DNA of 22,735 bases from Candidatus Eiseniibacteriota bacterium. GTDB lineage: Bacteria > Arandabacterota > Arandabacteria > Arandabacterales > Arandabacteraceae. The notes beneath the pieces are model-generated. The model did not search any database. It worked only from the letters and a program-made list of their open reading frames with translations, and was not told the origin of the DNA. The stretch spans positions 1 through 22,735 of the forward strand of contig JBDRNT010000165.1 of NCBI GenBank assembly GCA_043810925.1. The letters are read 5' to 3'. The position numbers and the translations under genes were made by a program. Below, piece by piece: positions 8,852 through 17,300 of this stretch. Within the stretch, counting starts at the first letter, position 1. Each line of letters opens with the position of its first letter.

Positions 8852-9829
8852 CTATTCCGGGCCGGGCACCGTCAGTGCATTCCTGTAATCCCGGAACGCA
8901 TCCTCAGCAAGTCCCATGGCCTCGTACACCTGCGCCCGGAGATTATACCCCTGGCGGTCAGGCTCCTGACCGGCATAGCGTGACTTGATAAGATCCAGAG
9001 CCTGACTGTAGAGTCTCGATCCCAGACAGATCCTAACCTTGATAGAAGTGGCGAGCGCCGGATCTGAAACCGCCGAGTCGGTCTGTCTCACGGCATCGAG
9101 AAAACCGGATTGCGAGGCCCGATCGAGAATCCGAAACTCAGCTGCCCTCGAACGTAAGGAGGAGTTGCCGACCAGAGCCTCGACCATCCAGTAATAAACC
9201 CCACCGGGTTCGAAATCGCAATACTCTCCCGGGCACCGGATGTCGGAGTCGGAAGTCGTCCCCTGCCAGAGCAGCTGTTCCGAGTCATACACGGATACCC
9301 TGTAAAGCCGAACGCCCTCGACCTTGCGCCACTTGAATTCCTTTGGAATCTCAAGAAGACCTGAGTAGGGGGCGGGATCGATGAGAACTGGGAGTGTCGT
9401 CTTTATCTCGTCTCGAGCCGTGGCCACCCGTGTGGCCATCACGGCCTCGGTCTGGCCTTCCTCTGCTCCGAACAGGAGATCAATTACACCCGAACTCAGA
9501 TTGGCCAGGACACTCCCGCCCTGATCCCCGGCCTCTTGTTTGATCTCAATAGTAGTCGGGCCGGTGAACTTCCTCACGGCGTTGTCACTCATCGCCAAGA
9601 CCAGGATGCTGCCACGCTGGACGTTGATCTTCTCACCGATGCCGATCAGATCACCCGGTTTCAGGACTTTGGCCGCGCCGCCGGACATCGTCGATTCGAC
9701 GGTTCCTTCCACCTCCATCACCTTGGCCCCGATCGAAGTACCGGATGACTTCTCCTCGGCATGACAGGCCGCCAGACCGCCAAGCACCACTGCAATCAGA
9801 CCCATGGCCACAATTGTCGACGATCTCAT
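8852..9829 (-). CDS. Exported protein, possible lipoprotein: FecR-like N-terminal beta domain, Ig/FN3-like (DUF928-like) middle domain, C-terminal TPR
   Basis: RBS GGAGG; signal peptide with LAA-C. AKVMEVEGTV..LKPGD.I..GEKI resembles FecR. P..FKW......YRVSVYD....LW...PGGVYYWMV resembles FN3/DUF928. LRAQVYEAMGL.EDA..DY..AL is TPR-like. Lies 15 bp upstream of the CHASE2 gene. Confidence 0.7.
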   Translation of the reverse strand: MRSSTIVAMGLIAVVLGGLAACHAEEKSSGTSIGAKVMEVEGTVESTMSGGAAKVLKPGDLIGIGEKINVQRGSILVLAMSDNAVRKFTGPTTIEIKQEAGDQGGSVLANLSSGVIDLLFGAEEGQTEAVMATRVATARDEIKTTLPVLIDPAPYSGLLEIPKEFKWRKVEGVRLYRVSVYDSEQLLWQGTTSDSDIRCPGEYCDFEPGGVYYWMVEALVGNSSLRSRAAEFRILDRASQSGFLDAVRQTDSAVSDPALATSIKVRICLGSRLYSQALDLIKSRYAGQEPDRQGYNLRAQVYEAMGLAEDAFRDYRNALTVPGPE

Positions 9830-10133
9830 GGTTCCCTACCTCCAGTCTCCAAAGGCGATGAAATCCCCCCGGGTGAAAGGATGATGATTCCCGCAATCCT
9901 TGCGTTGCTCAACGGATTTTGTTGATTGTATCCTGTGTGTGGTTTCAGGTAAAGTCTCATCTTAACTCTCATGTCTCCTCTCCTATATCAAGTACAGAAT
10001 GGAGGCTGGCCAAGTTGGTGGGTACCTCCGGAAGGATGCGTCCGGCGCCGGGACATACCGGCAGAAACCGGTGGTTTGACCAAAGGGACTGCCCTATCAC
10101 CTGGTGTCTCGCAGAATCCAGATACGGCTACTC

Positions 10134-10198
10134 AGTATGGTGTCACCGAAATTCGCGATAATTAAGTTTGGTGTCACCGAAATTCGCACCGAAATTCG
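10134..10198. repeat. Short direct-repeat cluster, REP-like
   Basis: AGT(A/T)TGGTGTCACCGAAATTCGC at 10134-10156 and 10165-10187 (period 31), plus a third partial copy CACCGAAATTCG at 10187-10198. Each full unit contains the mini-palindrome GGTG-T-CACC. Confidence 0.85.
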
Positions 10199-10199
10199 G

Positions 10200-10227
10200 G
10201 GAACCTGGTGCTGGTGGTGGGGTTAAA
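10200..10227 (+). promoter_or_regulatory. Candidate ECF sigma-factor promoter for the PDZ gene
   Basis: GGAAC (10200-10204), 17 nt, then GTTAAA (10222-10227), about 60 bp before the start codon. Matches the GGAAY-N17-GTT ECF pattern. Confidence 0.4.
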
Positions 10228-10287
10228 TCGAGTGTGAGACAGGAGTGGCATATATATAGTGGACCCCGGGGAAAGGAGATCGGTGAG

Positions 10288-11361
10288 ATGGAGATGATCC
10301 ACAGCAGACTGAAGATCCTGCCCCTGCTTCTCGCGGTATTCGTGCTCTGCACGGCTGCCGCAGCGTATGCAGGAGAGCAGGCCTATCTGGGTGTGATGCT
10401 TCAACCGCTTACGGTGGACCTCAAAGAGGCTATGGACGTCAAGCGTGATTTGCGGGGAGTGCTCATAAGCGAAGTGATCGATGAGAGCCCCGCCGCTGCG
10501 TATGGTCTCAGGGACGGTGACATCATAATCGATATCGGCGGAGAAGAGATTGATACAGTGAAGGGTGCCGTGGCGGCGATCAATGCCTACGCCCCGGGCG
10601 AAGAAGTCAAAATCGTGGTCCTCCGGGACGGGGATATGAAAGAGGTTGTCGCAGTCACGCTGGGCGAGCGAGGGGACGAAGAAAAGATGGTCGAGAAGTT
10701 CCATCTCGAATCGCTCCCGGACATAACTCGTCACTTCGAGGGCTTCCAGAAAGGTTTCCAGAGAGGGCCGCAGGGCTTTCTCGGTGTGAGGATTGAAAAC
10801 ATCTCCACATCCGACCTCGGTGCCTACTTCGGTGTGGACCGGCGTGAGGGCGTGCTTGTGATCGAGGTGGTCGAAGACAGCCCGGCGGAGGAAGCAGGCA
10901 TCCTCGCCGGTGACGTGATCCTCAAGGTTGAAGGGAAAGATGTCACGAGCACCGACAATCTGGTCAAGTACATCAGGAAGTACGATCCCGGTGATGAGGT
11001 GGACCTGACCGTCAAGAGGAAGCGCCGCACCAGGACTGTCGAAGTCGAGCTGGGAAAGACCGCCGCTCAGGCAAAGGTCATGATGAAAGGTGATAGGGCT
11101 CCCGGCAAGTGCCGCATAGAGAAAATCAAACTGCCGGACATCGAGAAGATCGGAAAGAAGATCAAGGTCCACCATGATAAGAATGACGGCAAAGTCAGAA
11201 TTTACACTTACGGCGACGACGACATGGAGGACATGGAGATTTTCGATTTTGAATCCGATGAGTTTGAAAACGACATGGAGAAGATCGAAAAGGAAATGGA
11301 AGAACTCAAGCAGGAATTGAAAGAACTCAAGAAGGAGCTTGGAAAAGTCAGCGGACGGTAG
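10288..11361 (+). CDS. Exported tandem-PDZ protein (HtrA-like PDZ1-PDZ2, no protease domain) with an acidic and coiled-coil tail
   Basis: Start moved to the ATG at 10288, which follows AAAGGAG. Signal peptide ends AYA. Two PDZ repeats: AYLGV..GVLISEVIDESPA...GLRDGDII and GFLGV..GVLVIEVVEDSPAEEAGILAGDVI. Heptad tail MEKIEKEMEELKQELKELKKEL. Confidence 0.88.
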   Translation: MEMIHSRLKILPLLLAVFVLCTAAAAYAGEQAYLGVMLQPLTVDLKEAMDVKRDLRGVLISEVIDESPAAAYGLRDGDIIIDIGGEEIDTVKGAVAAINAYAPGEEVKIVVLRDGDMKEVVAVTLGERGDEEKMVEKFHLESLPDITRHFEGFQKGFQRGPQGFLGVRIENISTSDLGAYFGVDRREGVLVIEVVEDSPAEEAGILAGDVILKVEGKDVTSTDNLVKYIRKYDPGDEVDLTVKRKRRTRTVEVELGKTAAQAKVMMKGDRAPGKCRIEKIKLPDIEKIGKKIKVHHDKNDGKVRIYTYGDDDMEDMEIFDFESDEFENDMEKIEKEMEELKQELKELKKELGKVSGR

Positions 11362-11863
11362 CTCTCCTACCGGATTTAAGTGTGTGGGTGGCGGTTAAGA
11401 GCCCTGCCTTGTAGGCGAAACCCTTGAAGGTGGGGCTCTTGTCATTGTGACACGTTGTGCAGGTGGTCGAGTCGACGGCGACGAGCCCAAGCTCCCGGCT
11501 GATGTCGGGCTGTCTCATAACCGACGATCTTGAGTAAAGCGATCCGGCCCCGTGACATGCCTCACACTGGACGCCGGCGAGATCGATGATATTGACCTTT
11601 GCGCCGTAGCCCCCGTCACCAAAACCGGTTGTGTGGCATCTGAGACAGGTGGAGTCCTGCGCATCTTCCGCCTTGAGCGTGGAAAGAGATCTGGCATGGA
11701 TGGTGGTTTTCCAGGAGTTGTAGGTATCAAGGTGGCAGACCTTGCACCTACCGGCCCCGACATAGGATGGCTTCGGATGCTCTACTTCTTTTTCTTTGCT
11801 GGGCCAGGCAACCAGCATGATGCTGACCACCACGAACGCCGTTATGATGGATGCCCGTTTCAT
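11348..11863 (-). CDS. Tetraheme c-type cytochrome (cytochrome c554-like)
   Basis: N-terminal signal/anchor and four CxxCH motifs (CKVCH, CLRCH, CEACH, CTTCH) in the context YVG...C..CH...Y.SW..T.HA and GVQCEACHG.GS. Its 3' end overlaps the PDZ gene by 14 bp. Confidence 0.92.
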   Translation of the reverse strand: MKRASIITAFVVVSIMLVAWPSKEKEVEHPKPSYVGAGRCKVCHLDTYNSWKTTIHARSLSTLKAEDAQDSTCLRCHTTGFGDGGYGAKVNIIDLAGVQCEACHGAGSLYSRSSVMRQPDISRELGLVAVDSTTCTTCHNDKSPTFKGFAYKAGLLTATHTLKSGRRATVR

Positions 11864-11996
11864 TTAGACCTCACCGATGCCATATACATTAAGGCTTGCG
11901 GTGATTTCCATTGTCAAGACATAATTGGGACAGGAGGTAGTCGGTGACCCAATTAGGTCGGGTTTCCCCACTTGCCTGCCGATAGAGATACTAACT

Positions 11997-12821
11997 ATGA
12001 AACTTAAGGTCGTCATCACGCTGATGCTTTTTCTCACCTGTTGTCTTATCGATGTCCGGGCAGGCGATCTTCCGGGTCGGGAGATCTGGCTGCCTGAATC
12101 CGAGGTCAAGGACAGGTTCTACAGCTATCTGATCGGGCTGATTCAAGCCGATACCTGCGGAGTGCTCCTTGCCAGTGATCTGGAGCGAGTACTTGACGAC
12201 TACCGTGGTAAGACCTCAATACCTTTTGAAACGATCAAGGACATCCGACGGGAATGTGACCGTGGAGGGGACGGCAGGGAGATTTCTATCACCTTCAGGA
12301 AAGAGCTGACGACACCCGTGCCCTACAGCATACTCGGCTACCATCCCGGCTCGGTGACGGCCAGTTCCACTGTCCGGTTCATTGAATACGATATCCCGGT
12401 GAAAACACTGAGACTGAGCAAACGCAAGTCGATCGAGCTCAGCGACATCTATGTCTTTGCGATATGCGAGGGGTGGGCCGTCGTTGATATCCACTCCTGG
12501 CTGGATAAGCTGCTGGGTGGCATGCTCGATGACACGCGGCTCGTTGTGATGGCGCTCTTTAAATACAACGGGGATTGGCACGGGCTTGCTGCAGGTTATG
12601 ATCCGTCGGGTGAAGGCCGGTCCGGCATATTCAATTTAAGCCGGAACGAGATACTGTTTCCCACACCACGCGAACTACGGATGTTGGGGCCGTACTTCAG
12701 GAACTTCGTCACGCGTGTAAAGCGCGTACCGGTCCCCATGCCCCCTGAAGACAAGTGGATTACTGTAGGCTCGGCAGACTGTCGTGGCAACCTTGCCACG
12801 AAGGCCTACCCTCAGCCATAG
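11997..12821 (+). CDS. Hypothetical exported protein
   Basis: Long ORF divergent from the cytochrome gene. The likely start, ATG 11997, gives a signal peptide MKLKVVITLMLFLTCCLIDVRA. No recognised motif. Confidence 0.7.
   Translation: MKLKVVITLMLFLTCCLIDVRAGDLPGREIWLPESEVKDRFYSYLIGLIQADTCGVLLASDLERVLDDYRGKTSIPFETIKDIRRECDRGGDGREISITFRKELTTPVPYSILGYHPGSVTASSTVRFIEYDIPVKTLRLSKRKSIELSDIYVFAICEGWAVVDIHSWLDKLLGGMLDDTRLVVMALFKYNGDWHGLAAGYDPSGEGRSGIFNLSRNEILFPTPRELRMLGPYFRNFVTRVKRVPVPMPPEDKWITVGSADCRGNLATKAYPQP
12765..12811 (-). promoter_or_regulatory. Candidate bacterial SECIS element
   Basis: Minus strand after the TGA: GG GTAGGC CT TCGTGGCA-AGGT-TGCCACGA CAGTCTGCCGA GCCTAC. This gives an 8-bp upper stem, a G-containing 4-nt loop 18 nt after the UGA, and a possible lower stem GTAGGC/GCCTAC. 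Confidence 0.6.
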
Positions 12822-12997
12822 CGCCTAGTAGTATCACACGCGGCGCCGGTAGACTTGGAGCTCAAAAAAACCGAGAACTTCCTAATGATGTCCTTCGTTC
12901 CACAGTATGGACAAATAACGTTCCCATCCTTGACGTCGATCTCGAGGTTTTCGAACACTTTGCCACAGCGACTGCATCGGTATTCTCTTATAGGCAA
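12806..12997 (-). CDS. FmdB-family zinc-ribbon protein, candidate selenoprotein (ends at 12812 if TGA is a stop, 12806 if TGA is Sec)
   Basis: TTG start at 12997 with RBS GAGGAGG 8 nt upstream. MPIREYRCSRCGKVFE...CPYCG..DIIRKFSVF followed by a Ser-rich tail is the FmdB CxxC-CxxC pattern. 3' end reads TGT GAT ACT ACT AGG CGC TAT GGC TGA GGG TAG. Confidence 0.88.
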
Positions 12998-13054
12998 CTT
13001 CAAAACCTCCTCATGCGAGTCTTGTGACGCCGATATAGGCCAAAAGGTTTCATG

Positions 13055-13083
13055 TTGACCGCGAAAACTTGAGGTTCTAAAGT
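13055..13083 (+). promoter_or_regulatory. Sigma70-type promoter candidate for the GlmU-like and kinase genes
   Basis: TTGACC (13055-13060), 17 bp, TAAAGT (13078-13083). Confidence 0.45.
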
Positions 13084-13115
13084 ATGTTGAGATAAACCCT
13101 ATAGTGGAGGTAATG

Positions 13116-14354
13116 ATGGCACGACCTCTCGTCGTATTCGAGGATGCCGGACTCTCGAACCTTTTTCCCCTTACACTGACGAGACCCGTATTCGATCTCG
13201 TATGCGGTATGTCATCGCTGGCCGAGAAGGTGAAACACGGCCGTCCTTCGATCAAGTTCCACCTGAGAGACTATCTTGCAGCCGGTTGCGACGGTGCCGT
13301 CACGTCCTACAGGGAACTGTGTCAAGGACACGACATGCTCACCCTGATAAACGGGAGGGCGATCTTCAACAACGACCTGCTCGAACAGATTGAACCTTCC
13401 TGGCCGGGCAGGTATGTCTGCTGCGGGAGCACCGTTGTAGCGAACTTGTCCACGGGCCGTATAGAGGAGCTCGACCGCCTCATCGGACAGCCGCTCACTG
13501 AGGAGGTCTTTGCAGACCTGCCCGCGCGCAATCTCGATGTGGGTCTGATTTCGTTTCCCTGGGACCTGGTGGAGCTCAACGGTGAGGAGATAGGAAGGGA
13601 TTTTGCATCGTTGGGGGGGGGTGAGATCGAAACCGAACCTTCCCCGATGGTACATATGGTCGCAAAGGAGAACGTCAGGATCGGGAAGGATGTAAGAATA
13701 AGTCCCGGAGTCGTGATTGACGGCGGCAGCGGTCCGGTGAGTATAGCCGACGGCGTGGTGGTGATGGCGAATGCTTCGCTTCAAGGCCCTCTCCATGTCG
13801 GCCGGGGAAGCATCATAAAGATGGGTGCCAAGATATATGGCGGCACAACGATCGGACCGGTCTCAAAGATCGGTGGTGAGGTGGGCGAGACCATAATCCA
13901 GGGTTACATGAACAAGCAGCACGAGGGATTCCTCGGGCACTCATACATCGGCGAATGGGTTAATCTCGGTGCAGGCACGGATACAAGTGATATGAAGAAT
14001 AACTACTCCTCCGTGAGAGTTGCTGTTGCCGGAAGGCCTGTCGATTCGGGGGAGCTCTTTGTGGGTCTTTTCATGGGCGACCACTCCAAGACCGGAATCG
14101 GGACCGTGTTCAACACCGGCACCGTGGTCGGTGCTTGCTGCAATATCTTCGGGCCCGGCTATCCTCCCAAGTATGTGCCGTCATTCACCTGGGGAGGCGC
14201 CTCAGGCTTTGAGGAGCATGATCTTAAGAAGGCGATCGAGACGGCCGGGAGGGTGATGGGTAGAAGAGGTCACTCCCTGGACCCGGATGGCGAAGCGGTT
14301 CTTACGAAGGTTTTCGAACTCACGGCCGGCGAGCGGCATGCGTTTTTGGATTGA
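13116..14354 (+). CDS. GlmU-related sugar-phosphate nucleotidyltransferase/acyltransferase (NTP_transf_4-type N-terminus plus hexapeptide left-handed beta-helix)
   Basis: VVFED...NLFPLTLTRPVFDL.CG, PWDLV, hexapeptide repeats, KIGGEV, NKQHEGFLGHSYIGEWVNLGAGT.TSDMKNNY, GLFMGDHSKTGIGT.FNTGTVVG and PPKYVPSF.WG. RBS GGAGG at 13106-13110. Confidence 0.9.
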   Translation: MARPLVVFEDAGLSNLFPLTLTRPVFDLVCGMSSLAEKVKHGRPSIKFHLRDYLAAGCDGAVTSYRELCQGHDMLTLINGRAIFNNDLLEQIEPSWPGRYVCCGSTVVANLSTGRIEELDRLIGQPLTEEVFADLPARNLDVGLISFPWDLVELNGEEIGRDFASLGGGEIETEPSPMVHMVAKENVRIGKDVRISPGVVIDGGSGPVSIADGVVVMANASLQGPLHVGRGSIIKMGAKIYGGTTIGPVSKIGGEVGETIIQGYMNKQHEGFLGHSYIGEWVNLGAGTDTSDMKNNYSSVRVAVAGRPVDSGELFVGLFMGDHSKTGIGTVFNTGTVVGACCNIFGPGYPPKYVPSFTWGGASGFEEHDLKKAIETAGRVMGRRGHSLDPDGEAVLTKVFELTAGERHAFLD

Positions 14355-14389
14355 CGGCAGGTCGGGAAAAAGTGATGTGAGGTGGATGA

Positions 14390-17300
14390 TTGGCTGACAA
14401 GCACTCTCATAAGGGGCCTGCGGGTAGCGAGTGCCCGGAATGCGGGAAGAAGATACCGCATGACAGCAACATCTGTCCCGAGTGCGGTCTGACCCTCCCT
14501 ATGACCGATGCCACACTGATATCCGGCCGGCCACCGGCCGGCGATTCTGCTTCGACCCTCGCTGGAGACTCGAGTTCAACGCTGGCCGGTGATTCGGGCT
14601 CGACCTTGCCCGGAGATTCACCCGGTGGTGCCGGTGAAAGGGCAATGACCGCCGGTGCTGTGCTGGGTGGGCGCTACGAGATTCTGGATGTGATCGGCAA
14701 GGGCGGAATGGGGTGGGTCTACAAGGCCAAGGACAGAGAGATCGATCGGGTTGTCGCCCTCAAGGTGATAAGACAGGAGCTGGCGGGTGATGAGACGATC
14801 ATCAAACGCTTCAAGGACGAAATCATCCTCGCGAGGAAGGTAACCCACAAGAACGTCTTGAGGATCTACGACATTGCCGAAGCCGAGGGAGTCAAGTTCA
14901 TGTCGATGCCCTTTATCGAGGGCAAGGATCTTAAGACGATCATCACCGAACAGGGCCCCCTTGATATCGACGAGACCGTTCGAATTGCATCCCAGGTGCT
15001 TGAGGCCCTGAAGAGCGCTCATGATGCAGGGGTGATTCACCGGGATCTCAAGCCTCAGAACATAATGATAGACCAGGAAGGCACCGTCTGCGTCGCGGAT
15101 TTCGGGATCGCCAAGAGTGCGGACGCGGGCGGCATGACTGTGACGGGCCAGATTATCGGCACCCCCGAATACATGTCGCCCGAGCAGGCCGAAGGCAAGG
15201 AGGTCGACTACAGAACCGACCTTTATTCTTTCGGTCTTGTGCTCTACGAGATGTTGACGGGAGACGTTCCGTTCAAGGCGGACAGTATTATCTCGACACT
15301 GATGCTGCGCCTGAGAGAACCTCCCAGGCCGCCTTCCACCGTCAGGGCGGAGGTCCCGCAGTGGCTTGACAGGATGACGATGAAGTCCATCGAGCGCAAT
15401 GTCGAGGACCGGTACGCGACGGCGGATGAGATCCTCGCCGATATTGAAACCCAGACCGTCAAGATCCGCCGTAAAGTCAGACCTCGAACGCTGGCCATTA
15501 TCGCCGTAGCGGTCGTTGCAGCAGCTGTTGTGGCGTTCTTTGCAATCCTCAAACCCAGGGTCGTACTTGAAGAGAAGCGGACCTACCTGGCGGTGCTACC
15601 GTTTGAAAACATGACCGGTGATGAGAACCTCGACTGGTTGGCGCTTGGCATCCCCGACAACCTCACCGCCGATCTCGGTCAGTCGAAGTTCTTCAGGGTG
15701 ATGAGTTTTGAGCGTCTGAGACATGCGGCCGCCGACATAGGTGCGGATTTCACCGAACTCGGCACGCCCGAAGCGATGGGGATGCTGGCCAAGGCCACCG
15801 ATCTTGATGCTGTCGCAACCGGCAGCTACTTCAAAGCCGGTGACGATATCCGGATAACGATGAAGGTACAGAATCCCAATGACCAGGAACTGATCGGCTC
15901 CAAGATAGTACAGGACACCGAGGATGGCATCCTCAACCTGATCGACCAGCTGACGAGGGAGACCAAGCTGATCTTCAACCTGAGTCAGGAGGAGATTGAT
16001 GAGGATCTCGACAGGGCGGTCGGACTCCAGAGGACACGATCGGTCACCGCTGCCTCATATTTCACCAAGGGCCAGGAGCTCACTTATGCAGGGTCCCCTC
16101 TTGAGGCGGCGCAGGCATTCGAGGCGGCCATAGCGGCGGATGAGAATTTCGCGATGGCCTACGCCAAGGCAAGCGAGGCTTACAAGACACTCGGTTATGA
16201 TGAGAAGGCGGAGAGCCTGTCATTGATCGCTGTTGACAAGGTCGTGAAGCTGATAGACAGGGTCCCGGCGGTCGACAGGACCTTTATCCTCGCCAATCAC
16301 GGTGCCGTCACATACAACGCCGAATATGCGATCGAATCCTATAAGGATTTTATCGAGACCTACCCGGACGATCCGGAGGGCTACTACAAGCTGGGTATGA
16401 CCTACGACACGATAAGCGAATGGGACCTTGCGATAGAGAATCTCCGGGAAGCGCTAAAACTCGATCCCAAGTTCGGATCGGCCAGGTTCGAGCTCGGGAA
16501 GGTCCTAATAAGGAAGAACGATCTCGAAGCAGCCCTCGTGGAGCTCGGGCGGGCGGCCGAGTTCTATGCTGCCATAGGGAACAGAGAGGGCGAAGCGGCG
16601 GTGCTTAACGCAATGGGCGTGGTGCATAAGCGCAGGAACGAGTTTGAGGAGGCAATATCCTATTATCAGTCGTCCATAGATCTCAAGGAAGAGCTCGGTG
16701 ACAGGCGTGGTGTCGCGGCAAGCCTGGGAAACCTCGGGCTGCTCTACAAACTGATGGGCAAGCGCGATGAGGCGCTGGATGTACTCGAAAGATCGCTCGA
16801 GATCCGCAAGGAGATCGGCGATAAGGTCGGCACCTCAACTGCACTTAACAAGATCGGTCAGATCTACCAGAACTACGGCAGGTATGATGAAGCGCTGTCC
16901 TACTTCGAGCGAAGCTACGAGACAAGAGAAGAGATCGGCGCAAAGGACCTTGTGGCCTCGTCGCTCTCCGACAGGGGTTATGTCTATTCCATCATGGGCA
17001 ACTATGACAAGGCATTCGAAATGGACTCGATGGCGCTTGCAATCCGGACCGAGATAGGGGATGTGCGGGGTGAGTCGGAGAGTCTGAGAAATATCGCAGA
17101 GACGCTGATGGCAAGAGGCCGGTTCGAGGACGCGGCCGCCAGGCTGAGACGCGCATTGTCCCTGGACAATTCGCTTTCGGACACGCGGCTCCTTGCGAAT
17201 GACGATCTGGCATTGGGCGCTCACTGCTTGGCACGCGGCAAGGCCGACAGTGCGATCGCCTACCTGTCCAGTGCAATTGAGGTGTTGGTGTCGCTTGATA

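Noticed and set aside
9919-10165. Small intergenic ORFs (80 and 64 aa)
   Set aside because: No convincing RBS or motif, and they run into the repeat cluster. A small peptide or ncRNA cannot be excluded but is unsupported.
10134-10198. Direct repeats as a mini CRISPR array
   Set aside because: Only 8 nt separate the full units, there are just two full copies, and no cas genes are present.
10168-10287. N-terminal extension of the PDZ ORF
   Set aside because: It translates the repeat and promoter region. The RBS and signal peptide support a start at 10288 (or 10294).
10174-11175. 333-aa minus-strand ORF
   Set aside because: Antisense shadow of the PDZ gene with no recognisable features.
12998-13255. 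N-terminal 86 aa of the 147-aa ORF 12812..13255
   Set aside because: It overlaps the GlmU-like gene on the other strand. The FmdB pattern and a strong RBS place the start at TTG 12997.
13116-14354. Assigning the symbol glmU
   Set aside because: It lacks the canonical LAAG.GTRM nucleotidyltransferase motif and belongs to the GlmU-related family, whose exact activity is uncertain.
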